Assembly: GCA_010909165.1 (NCBI GenBank) | Contig: VJWM01000227.1 | Span: forward strand, 229,915 to 293,914 | Source: Anthoceros angustus | Lineage: Eukaryota; Plantae; Anthocerotophyta | Direction of reading: 5' to 3' | Length of the DNA stretch: 64,000 nucleotides | Part shown: piece after piece, positions 22,593-35,458 of the stretch | Position numbering within the stretch: the stretch's first letter is position 1 | Layout of the letters: each line of letters opens with the position of its first letter | Position numbers and translations under genes: made by a program | The notes under the pieces: model-generated | Told to the model about the DNA's origin: nothing | The model's input: the letters and a program-made list of their open reading frames with translations, nothing else | Databases searched by the model: none

Positions 22593-23145
22593 ATGGCTGC
22601 CATGACCGCCACCGCTGCCATGATATGTTGCGCGCCCAGCTCGACGCTGCCGGCCTCGGAAATGCGCGGCACATGGGAGTCGTCGATGCGAGGGAGCGGA
22701 GCAGCTCAGCTCAGCTCAGCTTGCGTGCAGAGAAATCACGCTGGCAGGCCTGTCAGGGCGCAGCCCAGAATGGGGCCTGGAGCTAGCAAGGATGGCATCT
22801 TTGCGCCCCTGGTCATTTTGACGCGGAACATCGTTGGCACCAAGAGGTTCAACCAGTTCCGGGGAAAAGGCATTGCGCTACACTCTCAGGTACAATTCAG
22901 CCCCGTGATTGGGAGGCCATGCTTCTTGTGTCCTTGCAGCATTTTGCGTTTTCGATATCTGCCAGGCTGCGGTCAGTGGTCTCTGGTTAGGATGGCGGTC
23001 GGCACAAACGCCTGACACGTTCGATGGGATTTTCGAGCAGGTTATCACAGAGTTCTGCAAGCAGATCGGGGCTGATTCCAAACAAAGACAAGGTTTGATC
23101 AGACTGGCCAAGAAGAATGGGGAGAAGTTGGGGTTTCTAGCATAG
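22593..23145 (+). CDS. PGR5: Proton gradient regulation 5, plastid. join(22593..22889,23041..23145), 133 aa
   Basis: GIFAPLVILTRNIVGTKRFNQFRGKGIALHSQ|VITEFCKQIGADSKQRQGLIRLAKKNGEKLGFLA* is the conserved PGR5 mature domain. GT-AG intron; Ala/Ser-rich transit peptide. Confidence 0.96.
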
Positions 23146-23600
23146 TCCCCTGCTTCCCACTTGTACTTAGGAGGAGGACGTTCGCTGTGAATTGGGTTAG
23201 TGCTTAGGTAGCCGCAACTTTCTGCTCAACTTTGTCATGTCAAGCGTCTTGAGGAACTTCGATTTTTTTTAGAGGTCGTCCGGTAGTGTCGTCCTATGAT
23301 GCGGAGGACATCGCACATTGTTACAGCGGGGACAATCAACTGGTTTGCACTGGTTGATCTAACATGTATTATCTATGGTTATTCAAAACCATTCTTCTGG
23401 TTTTGAAGTCTCGAATGTAAATGCACACTAAGCCACTTTTGAGCCTAATTAGGCAGCAAAGTGTGCATTTGCTAATCTCTCTTTTACTACCTACATCTGT
23501 CGCGCGGTTGACGATGAAGAGCAGACATTGCATGTCTTGTTGGTGTGCCGGGAAAAATTTTAGATTTAAGTGACTTTCACTGCACGGGGCGGGAACCTGA

Positions 23601-26600
23601 TCATGCCAGAACTATTTCTACAGAGTGTCCCTGCTTGATTTCCCCTCTGCTTCTTGTGATCTCATCCCATATTTCAGCCCCAGGTCACTTTCGCGATATG
23701 AAGCTCCACCGTCCTGGTTCACACAACTGACATCAGCTTCTCACCAAACATACACGAGGATAATTCCACGGGAGAAAGCGGAATGAGGCAGGAACATACC
23801 GCTAGAGATGGAATGGCAGGGACCTCCTCATAATCTGCTGCATCCAGCTCCTTCAGGTACTTGGAATCAAAGAGTTTCGGCAGGACGTATTGTCGGATGG
23901 GTATAAGGAGCATGATGAGCAGAGGGAACATTACGCCGACTGTGGGGATCCATGTCACCCCAAAGCAGACACACAAGTAAAACAGTTGTAAAATGGTGAA
24001 GGCAGCCATGATCTTCAAAGGAACCGTCTCCACATATGATGCGTGTGGTTGTGACAGGACCCTACAGAGGCAAGTAAGAAGCCATTAAGCACTTGTCCAG
24101 CACGCGACCATCACAATTACCGCAGTAGTTGGCCTAACGACTAACAGAACAATAAAGTGGTGTCGACTTACTTGAAGCGCCGGCTTGGAGCAATGAAGAG
24201 CTGTAATATCCTCTCCCAAAACTGGTTTCCAGGCAAACTATCTATTGCCATGTAAGCAAAGTATCCCCAGAGCACGGAAGATGGAATTCTTCGTATCACA
24301 GGCATGGCCGCAACACATCCCCCAACCAGAATTGCCTGTGCCAAATTACTGACACGCTGTTCTTGAACCTCCATGGGAAGCAGCATGTCAACATCTACCT
24401 CTGGATCAAAGACACTCTCATTCACCAGAGAACCTAGTTTGTCTTTCTGTGAGGCCAGCTGAGCCAATTTCTCCTGGAACTCTGTCAATGCCTGTTGCAC
24501 GACAGAAGGTGATTGTAGGTTCTGATTTTGTCAGACTGTAGGAAGTACAAGAAAAATGGTGGCGGTGGAGTTGACTTAATACTCGTGATGAAGGGTACAC
24601 GAAAGTCATTCCAATTTGGTGATAAATATCTTGTATCCTGCTGCACATCTCTTCCACAGTGACCTGCTGGTTTATGCTCTTCTTTGCTGCATTTACCAGC
24701 TTCCTTCGTGTCAGCTGAGAGAGAATGAAAAACATACAGCCCAACGGGTAAGACACTTTCACAGTTAGTCTGGAGCCTTACACGATCAACAGCGTACATT
24801 GACAAGACATTATTAAGAGATTACTCAACGCACCTGGTGTTTGAGAACAGCAAGGCTCTTTGTGTGCATTGGGGACTGTGGCAGCACGCCGTTTGATGGA
24901 GGAATTCCGAGAAGCCCACAAATAAGAACCTGTACCATATTATCAGTGGTCAGATCAGCTATATCCACACAAAGATGCCTCCACATCAACAATCTCAACA
25001 GTGGGACTAGGAATATAGCTGCCTGGACTCTAGGCAAAGTTTTCAACTTATATTACTGAGCAGCCACATACCAGCCAGCCAAGAAGAAACAAGTCCCAGT
25101 GGTATGATGATGGATTTCGCAGATTGAATTCCTGTTGTTGAGCCAATTGGGCCACCACACTGTGATCAAAATAATACAGAATCGCTACCATGATAGCTGG
25201 AATGATGGCAGCAAAAATATACCCTGCCGGCAACTGCCCCATTTCCTGGCAATAGATGCAAGCAGCTGGCTTAGATGCACAGAAAGGATAATATATGCGA
25301 ATCGTCCACAGTGAGACAGGATGTTGTATGCTTACCGTAATGACCGTCCAATTCTTGTATGCACCAGCTGACCAAGGATTGGGGCAGTCAAGACGTCTTG
25401 GGATGGCCTTGGGAACAGATTGTGCAGGGGCATAGGACACGAGAGTCCAGATGACAACCATAAGCGGCACTCCGTAATCAGCGACGAAGTTTCGCAGTCT
25501 ACCTTTAGATTGGTGCATCAAGCATTGTGACAAAATGACGAAGTACCAGCAGGTCAGCAGCAGCACGGTGCGCGAAGGTAGCCACAAGATAGTTCGAGCT
25601 CGTCCTTACTAGTTCCGAAACACCATCTCCGTGCCTGCCTACTTTTCAGGGCAGTAAACAGGAGCCCAAACGATAGTACAAGTCCAAACATTCCGTTGCC
25701 ATATCTCCACGAAAGTTGATAGGCTTCATCTGCTGGATTTGCAGCCTTGGGTACTCGAAACTCGTTGACCAGTCCCTGCAAAGCAGGCAGCAAGAAAGGG
25801 TTCAATTCCTGAGAGCTATTTGTTGCCTCTACGAAGAAATGAACATATCATCAGCAGAGACAAGAGTATGGGGACCTTACCTTTATCGCCTGCTGGACAA
25901 ACAGTAGACCAATAAGCAGTCCAAAAAGCTCCCCAGCTACTCTCGTGAACCGGTTTATGATGGAGCAGGCTCCAAATATTGCAAAAGCGAACAATATCAA
26001 GGATGTCCAGACGCAGACCCTAGAGACAGAAGAGCTAACTGAGGTCCCAGAGAAATAATGGATGGCAGAAAATACCAGCGCTATCAGCTCCACCTCCAAC
26101 AGGGCTCAGCGAATACCAGGCAGTCCAGGCCAGGAAAAGACCGGGCCCAATCTCTGATTTATTCTTCGCGAAGTGAAACATAAAAGTGTACATCAAGACT
26201 GTAGGCTCAGCCACGCCCAAGATTAGCAAAGGCTGGCCTCCGATGATGGCATGCACGATTCCGCAAAGGGACGTCGAGGCGAGCGTTTGCACAGGAGTCA
26301 AGATCCCATCTGAAATTCCAACAATTGGTGCATGAGTCCGAATATTGGTGCACGCTGCAAACACGAGATACGAAGCTGGACAGAGAGCACAACCTCCAGA
26401 TTTCAGCACTCACCTGTGTCTCTCCGCAGTTGCTCCCCAAACGCGAGCACAGGGATTGCTGATGCAAAAAATATATACGCGATTGGAGCCAAAATCCTGC
26501 ATGCGCAGACGCTTCAGTGCTCGCAATGTTCTTGCACACCAAAAGATTGAGTCAGACACAATGTGAGGGACGCAGCAGAAGGGACCTGATGCCGGAGTTG

Positions 26601-26689
26601 ATTCCGATTTTCCAATCCTCCTTGTAGCACGGAAGCCTGCCTCTGAAATCTTGGCCGATGCCTCGGAAAGGAATTGCGCTCTTCGTCAT
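23601..26689 (-). CDS. BOR1: BOR1-type borate exporter (SLC4/HCO3- transporter family), 12 exons. The last exon needs one extra base to reach the conserved C-terminus
   Basis: [126 protein letters not shown]. All junctions GT-AG and phase-compatible; the exon 9/10 junction is uncertain. Confidence 0.93.
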
Positions 26690-27213
26690 TTTCCAGGGCC
26701 GCAGCCCGCAGCGAGCCACCTCAAGCAAGAGGAGGACGTAAAATTTGGCCGAAGACGAAGCACCAAGGCTCCATTTGGAATCATGCACAGGGTACAGCTT
26801 CAGCAGGAGCGCAAGGTCTCCAGGCGTTCCGATTGGTGACGCCGGCGGATCCACGATTCCGAAGACCACCTGGCAAACGTCAAAATTTTCAGTAACGTGT
26901 GAAGAACGATGCGAAGTCCGGGAGGGTGGAACTCCAAAAGGCAAGAGTCCAGGACCAAGAAACATAGATAGCCGGTAGCCAATGAGGCCGCTACAATTGT
27001 GTCGCAAATGTCTCCAGCAATTTTCGATGCAAGAGATTGCAGTACCTGCGACAGGCCATGACCAGCAGGCCGCGTCTTTCGTCGCTGCTGTCCGCCCCTG
27101 GCGGTTGTCACTGTTACTACGTGGAGTGATGCGAGAGCCTAGCAGTGCTTACGCGAACCTCGAGACTGGTGAGATATGGCGGCAACCGAGGACAGGTTTT
27201 TTGCTGTACTGAT

Positions 27214-27347
27214 TTTTTTTTAATTTGGTATTTTGAGAATAAATCAAAACAACCCGGGGGAGAAATCTTCAGCAAGGGTTCTGATTCGCTATGTTACACA
27301 TCGTATCATCCCAACAGGAAGAGACTACCTATACTCTTCCCAAGGTA
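27214..27347 (-). mobile_element. About 134-bp retroposed insertion (LINE/SINE 3' end) with poly(A) and a 7-bp TSD
   Basis: TACTGAT at 27207-27213 and 27348-27354, with a T run at the left end. The paralogous site at about 18616 has a single TACTGAT and no insert. Confidence 0.75.
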
Positions 27348-27565
27348 TACTGATGACGGATTGTTTGTGCGCCGTAGCCTCATTGGCGTGCTCATTCATT
27401 GCCACATCGGCCAATCTTTCGTGCGTGCGTTGCAAGACACCAGCATGCCACAGGAACGTTAAGCGTGAAGGCAGAGGAGACACGATAGGTAGGTGGTCTC
27501 CTTGCCGAAATATGATTTGCTTTCGCGAGGTTTTTTTATCATATATGCTGAGCTCGAGTAGATGG

Positions 27566-29014
27566 TTATCCAGTCCTGCCTGTGCTGACGCCAGTCGCAT
27601 GCTGGGAGCCGGATTCATCATCTGCCTAAACCTAAGCTAACGGGTGTGTGTGTACATACATACAGATAGACGGGGTCATCTCCACGGCTGTACAAGTAAT
27701 GCAGCAGTGAGAACAGGGAGAGTGAGATGCCTGCACACTACTGTAGGGTCTGACCACCTGTGTGGGAAAAATGAACACAAGGTGCAGGGAGAGTGAGCAA
27801 GATAAGCATCTGTTAACGCCCGGAAAAGTCACCGGAGCCCACAGCCAGAGGCCCACTGGATGCGGAGCTGTGTCTGCTGCTGCTGTAACCTTCTTGTCTG
27901 GATTCCAGACTATCTGAGAGGACAGACTCAGCTCCATCTTCGTTTGAATAGTACTCATGGTCCTCTTCTCTGCCCTCGCCTTCTCGTCTGACAGCTTCCT
28001 CATCTTCGGTGTCTTCCTCAAGCGCAAGAAGCGTCTTGCCAGCTGCAGAGGGAAAAGCATCCTCGTGAGCCTGAGGACTGACGGTACTAACACCTGCTGT
28101 GTTTTCAGAAAACCAGATAAAGTAAGCAGGAACATCTACACGGGGGCCGACTAACCTGGAGAAGAGGCCTTCACCACAAACACATGCATGGGAGCATTCT
28201 GCGGTGGCAATGCCAGACGCAGAGGGTACAGAGATCCAGCTGAACCCTTAGCACACAGGATAACTTCATCCTTGGATTCAATCTCTTGCTTCACCTTCAG
28301 CGCCAATTCCCCCACAGAACTTCCTTTGAAATTGAGTTGAGGCCACACGTCATCACCATGATCTATCGGTTGTCCATTATCATCACAGAGGGTGTAGTAC
28401 ACCAGACGGACTGCTCGAGGAGAAGGCACTTTGCTGTACAATCCCTGCAAAATAACCATAACCACGATCCCACGTTCAAACTAGGGCAAATCGGCACAAA
28501 ACCACAAAACAAACAGACCTACACCTCTCCGCCATCCCCTTACCTCCAAACTGGCATTCACAGCAGGCACGCTTTCAACAATCTGCACTTCCCACAGCAC
28601 CAACTCCCGCAGCGTGATAGGCACATCGTGCGTGACGGAGTTCCTCCACGGAGGAACTCCATGGTTACTCCTAAGGAAAGTTCCGACATACGATTTGAGC
28701 TTCACACCGTTCTCCCCCTCCTTCACCGGCTCCCACTCCACAGAGCGATCCAGCTTATACGGCCTTCCCTGCTGCACCTTCTTTCCGGTAGCCCCTAGTA
28801 TAAATGCGGTGCTCATGGCTCTCAAGTAACAGTTATAGCAGCTCTTGAGCCGGAGAAACTTCCCGCCCTTCTTCAACACCTCTACTTCCCATATACTGTC
28901 CTCCCCTGTGCCTTCCCTATCCTGAACCACCGCCAGCTGATCTTTGCTAGCGCGCACAAACTTGCCGTGACTATTCCTCAGCCGCACAGACTTGGCCTTC
29001 TCGAAAAACTCCAT
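27566..29014 (-). CDS. DUF569 (actin-crosslinking-like beta-trefoil) + C-terminal ubiquitin-like domain protein with an acidic tail. join of 29014-28544, 28444-28156, 28093-27833, 27687-27664, 27621-27566
   Basis: MEFFEKAKSVRLRNSHGKF, LRLKSCYNCYL, VKLKSYVGTFLRSNHGVPPWRNSVTHDVP...LWEV; exon 2 RLVYYTLCDDNG...FKGSSV.EL...LYPLRLALPP. All five exons join in frame with GT-AG borders. Confidence 0.85.
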
Positions 29015-30247
29015 CCTCCTGCCAAAACCTCAGAGCGCCTACGACTCGGAGCAGCAGCAGCGGCAATCGGTGACTGGCTTGATATCAAAGACGCTCCGGC
29101 TACCAAAATATCGAGCTCCGCTGGACTCAGTTGCACTTTCTAGGTGACAGAGATGGCTTTAGAGCGAGCCTTCAGAGAGTGCGCTGTCGCACCGTCCGGC
29201 GGTAGCGCGTTAGGATGCTGGGAAGCTAGCAGGAACGACGCTGCAATTGCGATAAAGCTTTAAACATGGAGACACATCCCACGTCTTCAGATGTAAACAC
29301 CTCGCACAACACAGGGACACGTTCCAGCGCCACACCTGCGACCTGCTACCTGCGACTGCGACGATCCTGCCGCCTCGTGCTTTATGTACCTCAGGTGGAG
29401 CCGCGTAAGGAGGCGCGTACTGTGCACAGCAAAAGGGCGTATAAAAGCAGATGGCCTCGCTACGAGTTCCTACAATCGGCACGCGGCAACCCGCCTGTCC
29501 GAATGCACGTTCACAGGAGCTTCCTCGATTTTTCCAACGTACGCCGCTGTTCAAACCGGAGCGTCAGCGTTCGACCGTTCTCTGCAGATCCCGTCGTCGA
29601 GGAGAGTATGTAGGTAGCCTCTATTTATACATTTCGTACATATCTATCAACGGAGATACATAGGTACATATGAACTTTATATTTTATTAAGGAAAACAAA
29701 TGATGGAAAAAGCCCATCCTCTAGGGAACAACCAAGGAGGACCCTCATGTTCAAGGTGAAAGGGAGCGACTAAGCTCTCTAGGGGTTTATAGTCACCTCC
29801 GGACAAACCGCCTACAAACCACCGAGGAAGAATAAGATTCACTTGAAGTAGGAAAGGGACAGCCCCGAGCCAATGCCTGCGTGCGTGGTAAGCTTTTGCG
29901 CAGGACTTCAAGTACATACCTACCTATGCACATATCCACATATCCCTATGCTTAGCTTAAGAGTCTTCAATCACACCTAAAAGTCTATTGTGCTCTGAAA
30001 TAATGAAATAATCGATTCGTTTTTCTTTTTTTAATTTTTTTAGTAAATAAAATTAGAAATCCCATTTAGGGAGGTGAAACTAACATGAATGTATGTTTCA
30101 AAAGGTCTCAATTACCATTTGGGGAAAAGTCCCATTTATTACATTGTAAACTAAAGGGAGTAGGATGGGAGGTCCCATTTAGAGAGGAATCCCATTTATA
30201 GAGTTCCCAATTAGGGGGGGCCGACTATACAATCCAGTAAGTCAGTA

Positions 30248-30520
30248 ATCTACATGCACAAATCTATTATCATTTATCCAATATACGATTTTTACTCCCC
30301 CCAGGTTTCAATCTTCTTCAGACATAGTTGTGAATAATGAGTTCAGTGAGTCTTGCGACCAATGGTAAAAATAACTCGATATATGAATCTACATGCACAA
30401 ATCTATTATCATTTATCCAATATACGATTTTTACTCCCCCAGGTTTCAATCTTCTTCAGACATAGTTGTGAATAATGAGTTCAGTGAGTCTTGCGACCAA
30501 TGGTAAAAACAACTCGATAC
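30248..30520. repeat. Tandem duplication, unit 139 bp, two copies plus a partial third at about 30570
   Basis: aatctacatgcacaaatctattatc... starts at 30248 and 30387. Confidence 0.9.
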
Positions 30521-33349
30521 ATGATTTCAACGTCCCTTAGGTTTCGAGCTTCTTAAGACAAAGCAGTAAACAATGAGTTTCGCGAATCTTGCGACCAATG
30601 ATTAAGACAAATCAATAGCACGTATACATTCTAGATGTTCATAAGCATTTCAATTTTGATTTACTTGAAAAAAGTTTCTGAAGTATTTCGACAAATTGAA
30701 ATCAAGTATGATTAGAGTAAATGATATTTTGTTTCTCAACATTGTACTTACTCAGTAACAAACAAAATACGTTCGTAGGACTTTAAGAAAATACTCTCAA
30801 AATTCTGATTAGATAGTTGTATCTATTTGGTGATGATTCTTGAGAAGTTCGTGTTCATCAAACCAACCAATCAAGATGTTTTCAGTACTAACTAGTTGGT
30901 TATTCAAAGTCCTCATATTTAGATCGAGACTTATGCCTATGTTCCCACGTCATGCTATTTTGTACACTGATCCATCTCTGTTTTTCAATTTAAGTATGAT
31001 TCTAGCTTCCATTTTGATTCTTAATTTTGCCTTTATGCTGCCAAATTGAAATGTTTCATACCAATTCTCCAAGACCATCAATTGCTTCACCTGCTTTTCT
31101 TTATCACATATAGATGTATATCCACATAGCATAAAGTTGCTAAGATTATCTCTCCCACTGATTTGCCTCTCTCAAAGAATTGCAAGAAGAGCTAGATGTG
31201 GAGCAAACCAGTAACTTCAATCTCATTCATTTTTTTTCCTTTGATTTGTAAAACAATGCATGTCACAATGAGATGAATTTCTCTACCCTTCAGCATACAC
31301 ATGAAACTGATTTTTATTTATCTATCATTTAATTAGATTACACTAGATTAATTACACATAAATAGAAACTTGTCAGAGTCCCATCATGATCGTTATTGCC
31401 TACCTTCGTGAACGGCATTTCATATTCCCACCGTTCCATCTTGGAATCAGAATCAAGAAGCAAAGAACCCATATTGGCATCTTGCTTATTCTTTAATTAG
31501 TGATATGCCTTAAAGAAATCAATGAAAGCTGCCAAGGCCCCCTTCAAGCTACGCAATTCTCGGCCCCAGCCAATAGCTCATTTAAACAAACTCCACGATA
31601 AATATGCCTATTTGGTACTGCTGTGTCCTTTAATACGTGGAAGAGATTGGGCATGTGAATTGCCTTTGAGCAAGGTCCACCTCTCCAAGGAGCCTCTGCT
31701 AGTCCTCAAAGGAGCCTCCAAAGCCAAGGTGGTTGACCTCATGATTAACCTAATAACGACGGCCATTTTGGGCTATTTTTCACATGAAAAAGGAATTATT
31801 TTATTAGTTTTTAAAATTTGATGACCAAGGTTCTCCAATTGAATCTCTACCCAACATATATAATATGCTTGATTCTAATAATAGCTCAAAAAGCTACGGT
31901 GATCGAAACGCTTGCCAATAAGCAGTTTCATATCGTAAGAATGTCTTTGTCATTCTATCATTTAGAGCGTCACGGTGTAGACACAAGTCCGTTTCTTTGC
32001 AAGCTGACTTTTAGTTGGGCAGGGGTTTTGGTGGGGAGTGGCGTTGTAGCGGGTGGTATAGCGGGCAGGTACGGTTTAGTAGGGCCTGTGGCGGTTTAGT
32101 GGGGCGGGTGCATTTTTGCAGTTCGCTGGTGTGGGTTGGCGGGAGTGGCTTCTGGTGACAAAAGTTGCTAGGCTGATGTTTGGCTCGGGGTGTTGTGGTT
32201 GTTGGATCTAGGCGACATGGAGTGGTTTTCTTTTGTGGATTTTCCGGTTTTTCCCTTTTTTGGTATGAAGCCCCCTTCTTCCACGTCCGTAAAGGACATT
32301 CCTTGTCCCGTGTGCGGGAAATTATTCAAACCTCAGGGATCAAGAGTCATATATGTTTGGTTTGTAAGGACTTCGATCGGACTACTTGGGAAGCTCAATT
32401 GCGGCTTGCTTCTTCCTCCACTGTTGTTCTCCGGTCTTTAGATACCCCCCTTGGGCCCTCTCGAGAGTCTTGGCACTGGTTGCGAGTGCAATCTATTCAC
32501 CTCCTCGCCTTGTACGAAGCACGTTTCCCGGAATCTCACGTTTTTCGGTGCCTCCTGTGTCTTCCCCCCTCATGACAACATCTGCCTTGCCTTGCTTCCC
32601 TTGGAATGCTCTGCCCTTCTTCGGTTTGCCTACCTCTCTCTTGACTCTGGCCCTAGCTTCATCTCTCTCCCGCTTATATCTCTCCGCTTGAATTTCTCAG
32701 GCGCCATCGTCTCCACCGCTCTTGGACTCATGAGACCTCATTGGAGCTCAATCAATCGTAGCGTCGCCCTTTACTTGATTTACTAGGGCCTCCTGTTGGG
32801 TGGTCATGGCCTTCACCGTTCGTGCCTTGCACAATGCCTCCTCGCCTCCGGATCCGCCACCTTGTTCTCGCCTCCAGCCTCCAACTTCTCCTTGAGCAAC
32901 TTCTCTTGTTGCCCACACTCGGTAAGTGAGAGCCATGGGCGCCTAGTCGAGATCACAGTCCGAGCCATGGGCGCCTAGTCGAGAAGATCCGCTGAGTTCG
33001 AGCCATGGCGTACGAGCCCCGCAGACGACCAATGCTTCCTGCCCATTCCCTTCCACAATAATTCCCACACGAGTGCACTCGCCTCACTTATTCGGGTTAA
33101 TGAGATATCGCCAAAAATGTCCTTGAGCTCCGTCGCGGGCCCGGTTGCCGAAACTAACCCTTCCTCTCTTAGGGGTTGGTCTGTAACTGTTGCTTCATTC
33201 GTTCCAACCTCACCTAGCGGCGACTCATCCTCTCCACGCTTGGGGGAGCAACTGCCGTTCCTTTTAACTTCCCTCCTTCACCCGCGACCCTGCTGACTTT
33301 GACTGTGACCCTAGGTGTAGTGGGTTCCTCCTCTCATTTGTTTTTCCTT

Positions 33350-34490
33350 TGGCCGACCCACGTCGTCGCTACCCTCCTCCTCTTGCCCTTGGAAACCTCC
33401 CCACCCTCATTCAATCTTCTAGAGGCGATTCCCAACTGGAATCCTTCCGAATCACGCACTCCTCCTCCTCCACCTTGAGTTCTCTGACCGGTTTCCAGCT
33501 ATGAAGGGTAGACACGGCTTCCAACTCCGTTAGGCATTTGGAATGCTCAAACACATGAATCAAAAAGGGTGAAATCAAGGAAGGCCAGGGGGAGGGGGAG
33601 AGCAAATTCGCCTTCTCTTCACAAGCTCTTTCAAAAATCATCCTCCCCAATCAATCAAGTGCCCTTGACCACTTCATGAAGGAAGGCCCAGAGTGGTCCG
33701 CCATGTGATCTAACTGATTCGGGAAACACAAAATCCACTTGGCCAACCCCACTGCATGTGGCGAGTCACCCATCCATTGTTAACTCTCACTTCCCAGCTT
33801 CATGGGCCAGCTGCAGCTTTGAGTTTTCTTCCTCTGGTTAATCACCATGGCATGACACAAGCGCCCGAATCATCTTTGGCGGCACAAGTCTGTGGCCATG
33901 GAGGCCTCTCTGCATTGTTTTTGGCCGACCTTCGTCGTGCGCCCTCCTCCTCTTGCCCTTGGAAACCTCCCCACCCTCATTCGAATCTTCTAGAGGCGAT
34001 TCCCAACTGGAATCCTTCAATCACGCTTACACCTCCTCCTCCACCTTGAGTTCTCGAGGCTATGAAGGGTAGACACGGCCAACTCCGTTAGGCATTTGGA
34101 ATGCTCAAACACATGAATCAAAAGGGTGAAATCAAGGAAGGCTGGGGAGGGGAGATAAATTCGCCTTCTCTTCACAAGCTCTTTCAAAATCATCCTCCCC
34201 AATCAATCGCGTGCCCTTGACCACTTCATGAAGGAAGACCGAAGTGGTCCGCCATGTGATCTAACTTTCGATTAAGGGAAACACAAAATCCACTTGGCCA
34301 ACCCCACTGCACTCAGTGGCGCAGTCACCCATCCATTGTTAACTCTCACTTCCCCAGGCTTCATGAGCCGGGCTTTTCGTGAGTTTTCTTCCTCTGCGGG
34401 TTAATCACCATGGCATGACACAAGCGCCCTGAACTGTCATCTTTGGCGGCACAAGTCTGTTGGCCATGGAGGCCTCTCTGCCGACGGTCT
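33350..34490 (-). repeat. Two tandem copies (about 575 bp) of a retroelement accessory-ORF fragment
   Basis: The unit repeats at about 33351 and about 33924. The minus strand encodes WGRMIFERACEEK...SLISPFLIHVFEHSKCLTELE in both copies. Confidence 0.75.
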
Positions 34491-35276
34491 TTCTAGGTAG
34501 GTAGGCTCTGTCTACCTCTATCCTCACCTTCCGTTTCTTAGTGAGGGATTCCTACATCCTAGGGGCCTTTGTCGCGGGCATTGAGGAGGGAGCTTTCCCC
34601 TTGCATGTGTCCTTAAGATTGGGTAGGGATTGTCTTCAGGGCGCTTGTGTCATGCGTTACTATTTGGGTAAGGGATTGTCTATTTCAAGATAGTCGATGT
34701 AGTTGTACTGCACTCACCATGTGGCCAACTAACAATGGAATTGGAATTGTAGAACGATCAAATCACCAATGCAGAGAGCAAAACATCCTATCTCGATCCT
34801 TTGGTAAGAGCCAAAAACCCAAGTTACTTTTTCATTTGTAGCTAAGCTCAAACAATGTAGTCGAGTGAAAACTATTTCGATCTACTAATGCGCTTAGGTA
34901 AAAAGATTCAATACATACTGTAATACCTCGACGATGAATTGTTGCAGCAAACTAAACTATTCCCAAGCGGTTCTAGGTGATAAATATGTGAGAAAAAAAA
35001 TTAGATTAGTGGTAACATTATGGACAAGGATCATAACATATGGAACTAAAAGTTATGAAAGATAATTAATCAAAGTGTAGGAAAATTGAGAGATTTTGGA
35101 AGTTTTAATATTATTTGACTTGCATAAGTGAGTCCATATTCTTATCTTTCTATTATCCAAATATAGAAGCTGTTCTAGATCACATATATTATTTATGGTT
35201 CATGAACTATATTTGTTGACAAGAGTGTACTTGGTGATATCCCCATTCTATATATTATGAGTGTCTCGCGTATAAG

Positions 35277-35458
35277 GAGCTTCACAATAAACTTGAAGAG
35301 GTTTACTTCTTTTATATATTGTCATTATAACGGGTATATAGAATTGCTCGATAAGTTTGAAGAAGCGAGCTTCACAATAAACTTGAAGAGGTTTACTTCT
35401 TTTATATATTGTCATTATAACAGCTATATAGAATTGCTCGATAAGTTTGAAGAAGCGT
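35277..35458. repeat. Tandem duplication, unit 90 bp x2, in AT-rich DNA
   Basis: gagcttcacaataaacttgaagagg at 35277 and 35367. Confidence 0.9.

Noticed and set aside
26690-27560. Boron-responsive AUG-stop minimal uORF upstream of BOR1
   Set aside because: I found no ATG-TAA/TAG/TGA on the minus strand by eye, and the 5' UTR is undefined.
28151-28156. DUF569 ending at the TAG at 28151
   Set aside because: The TAG overlaps a splice donor, and three downstream exons join in frame.
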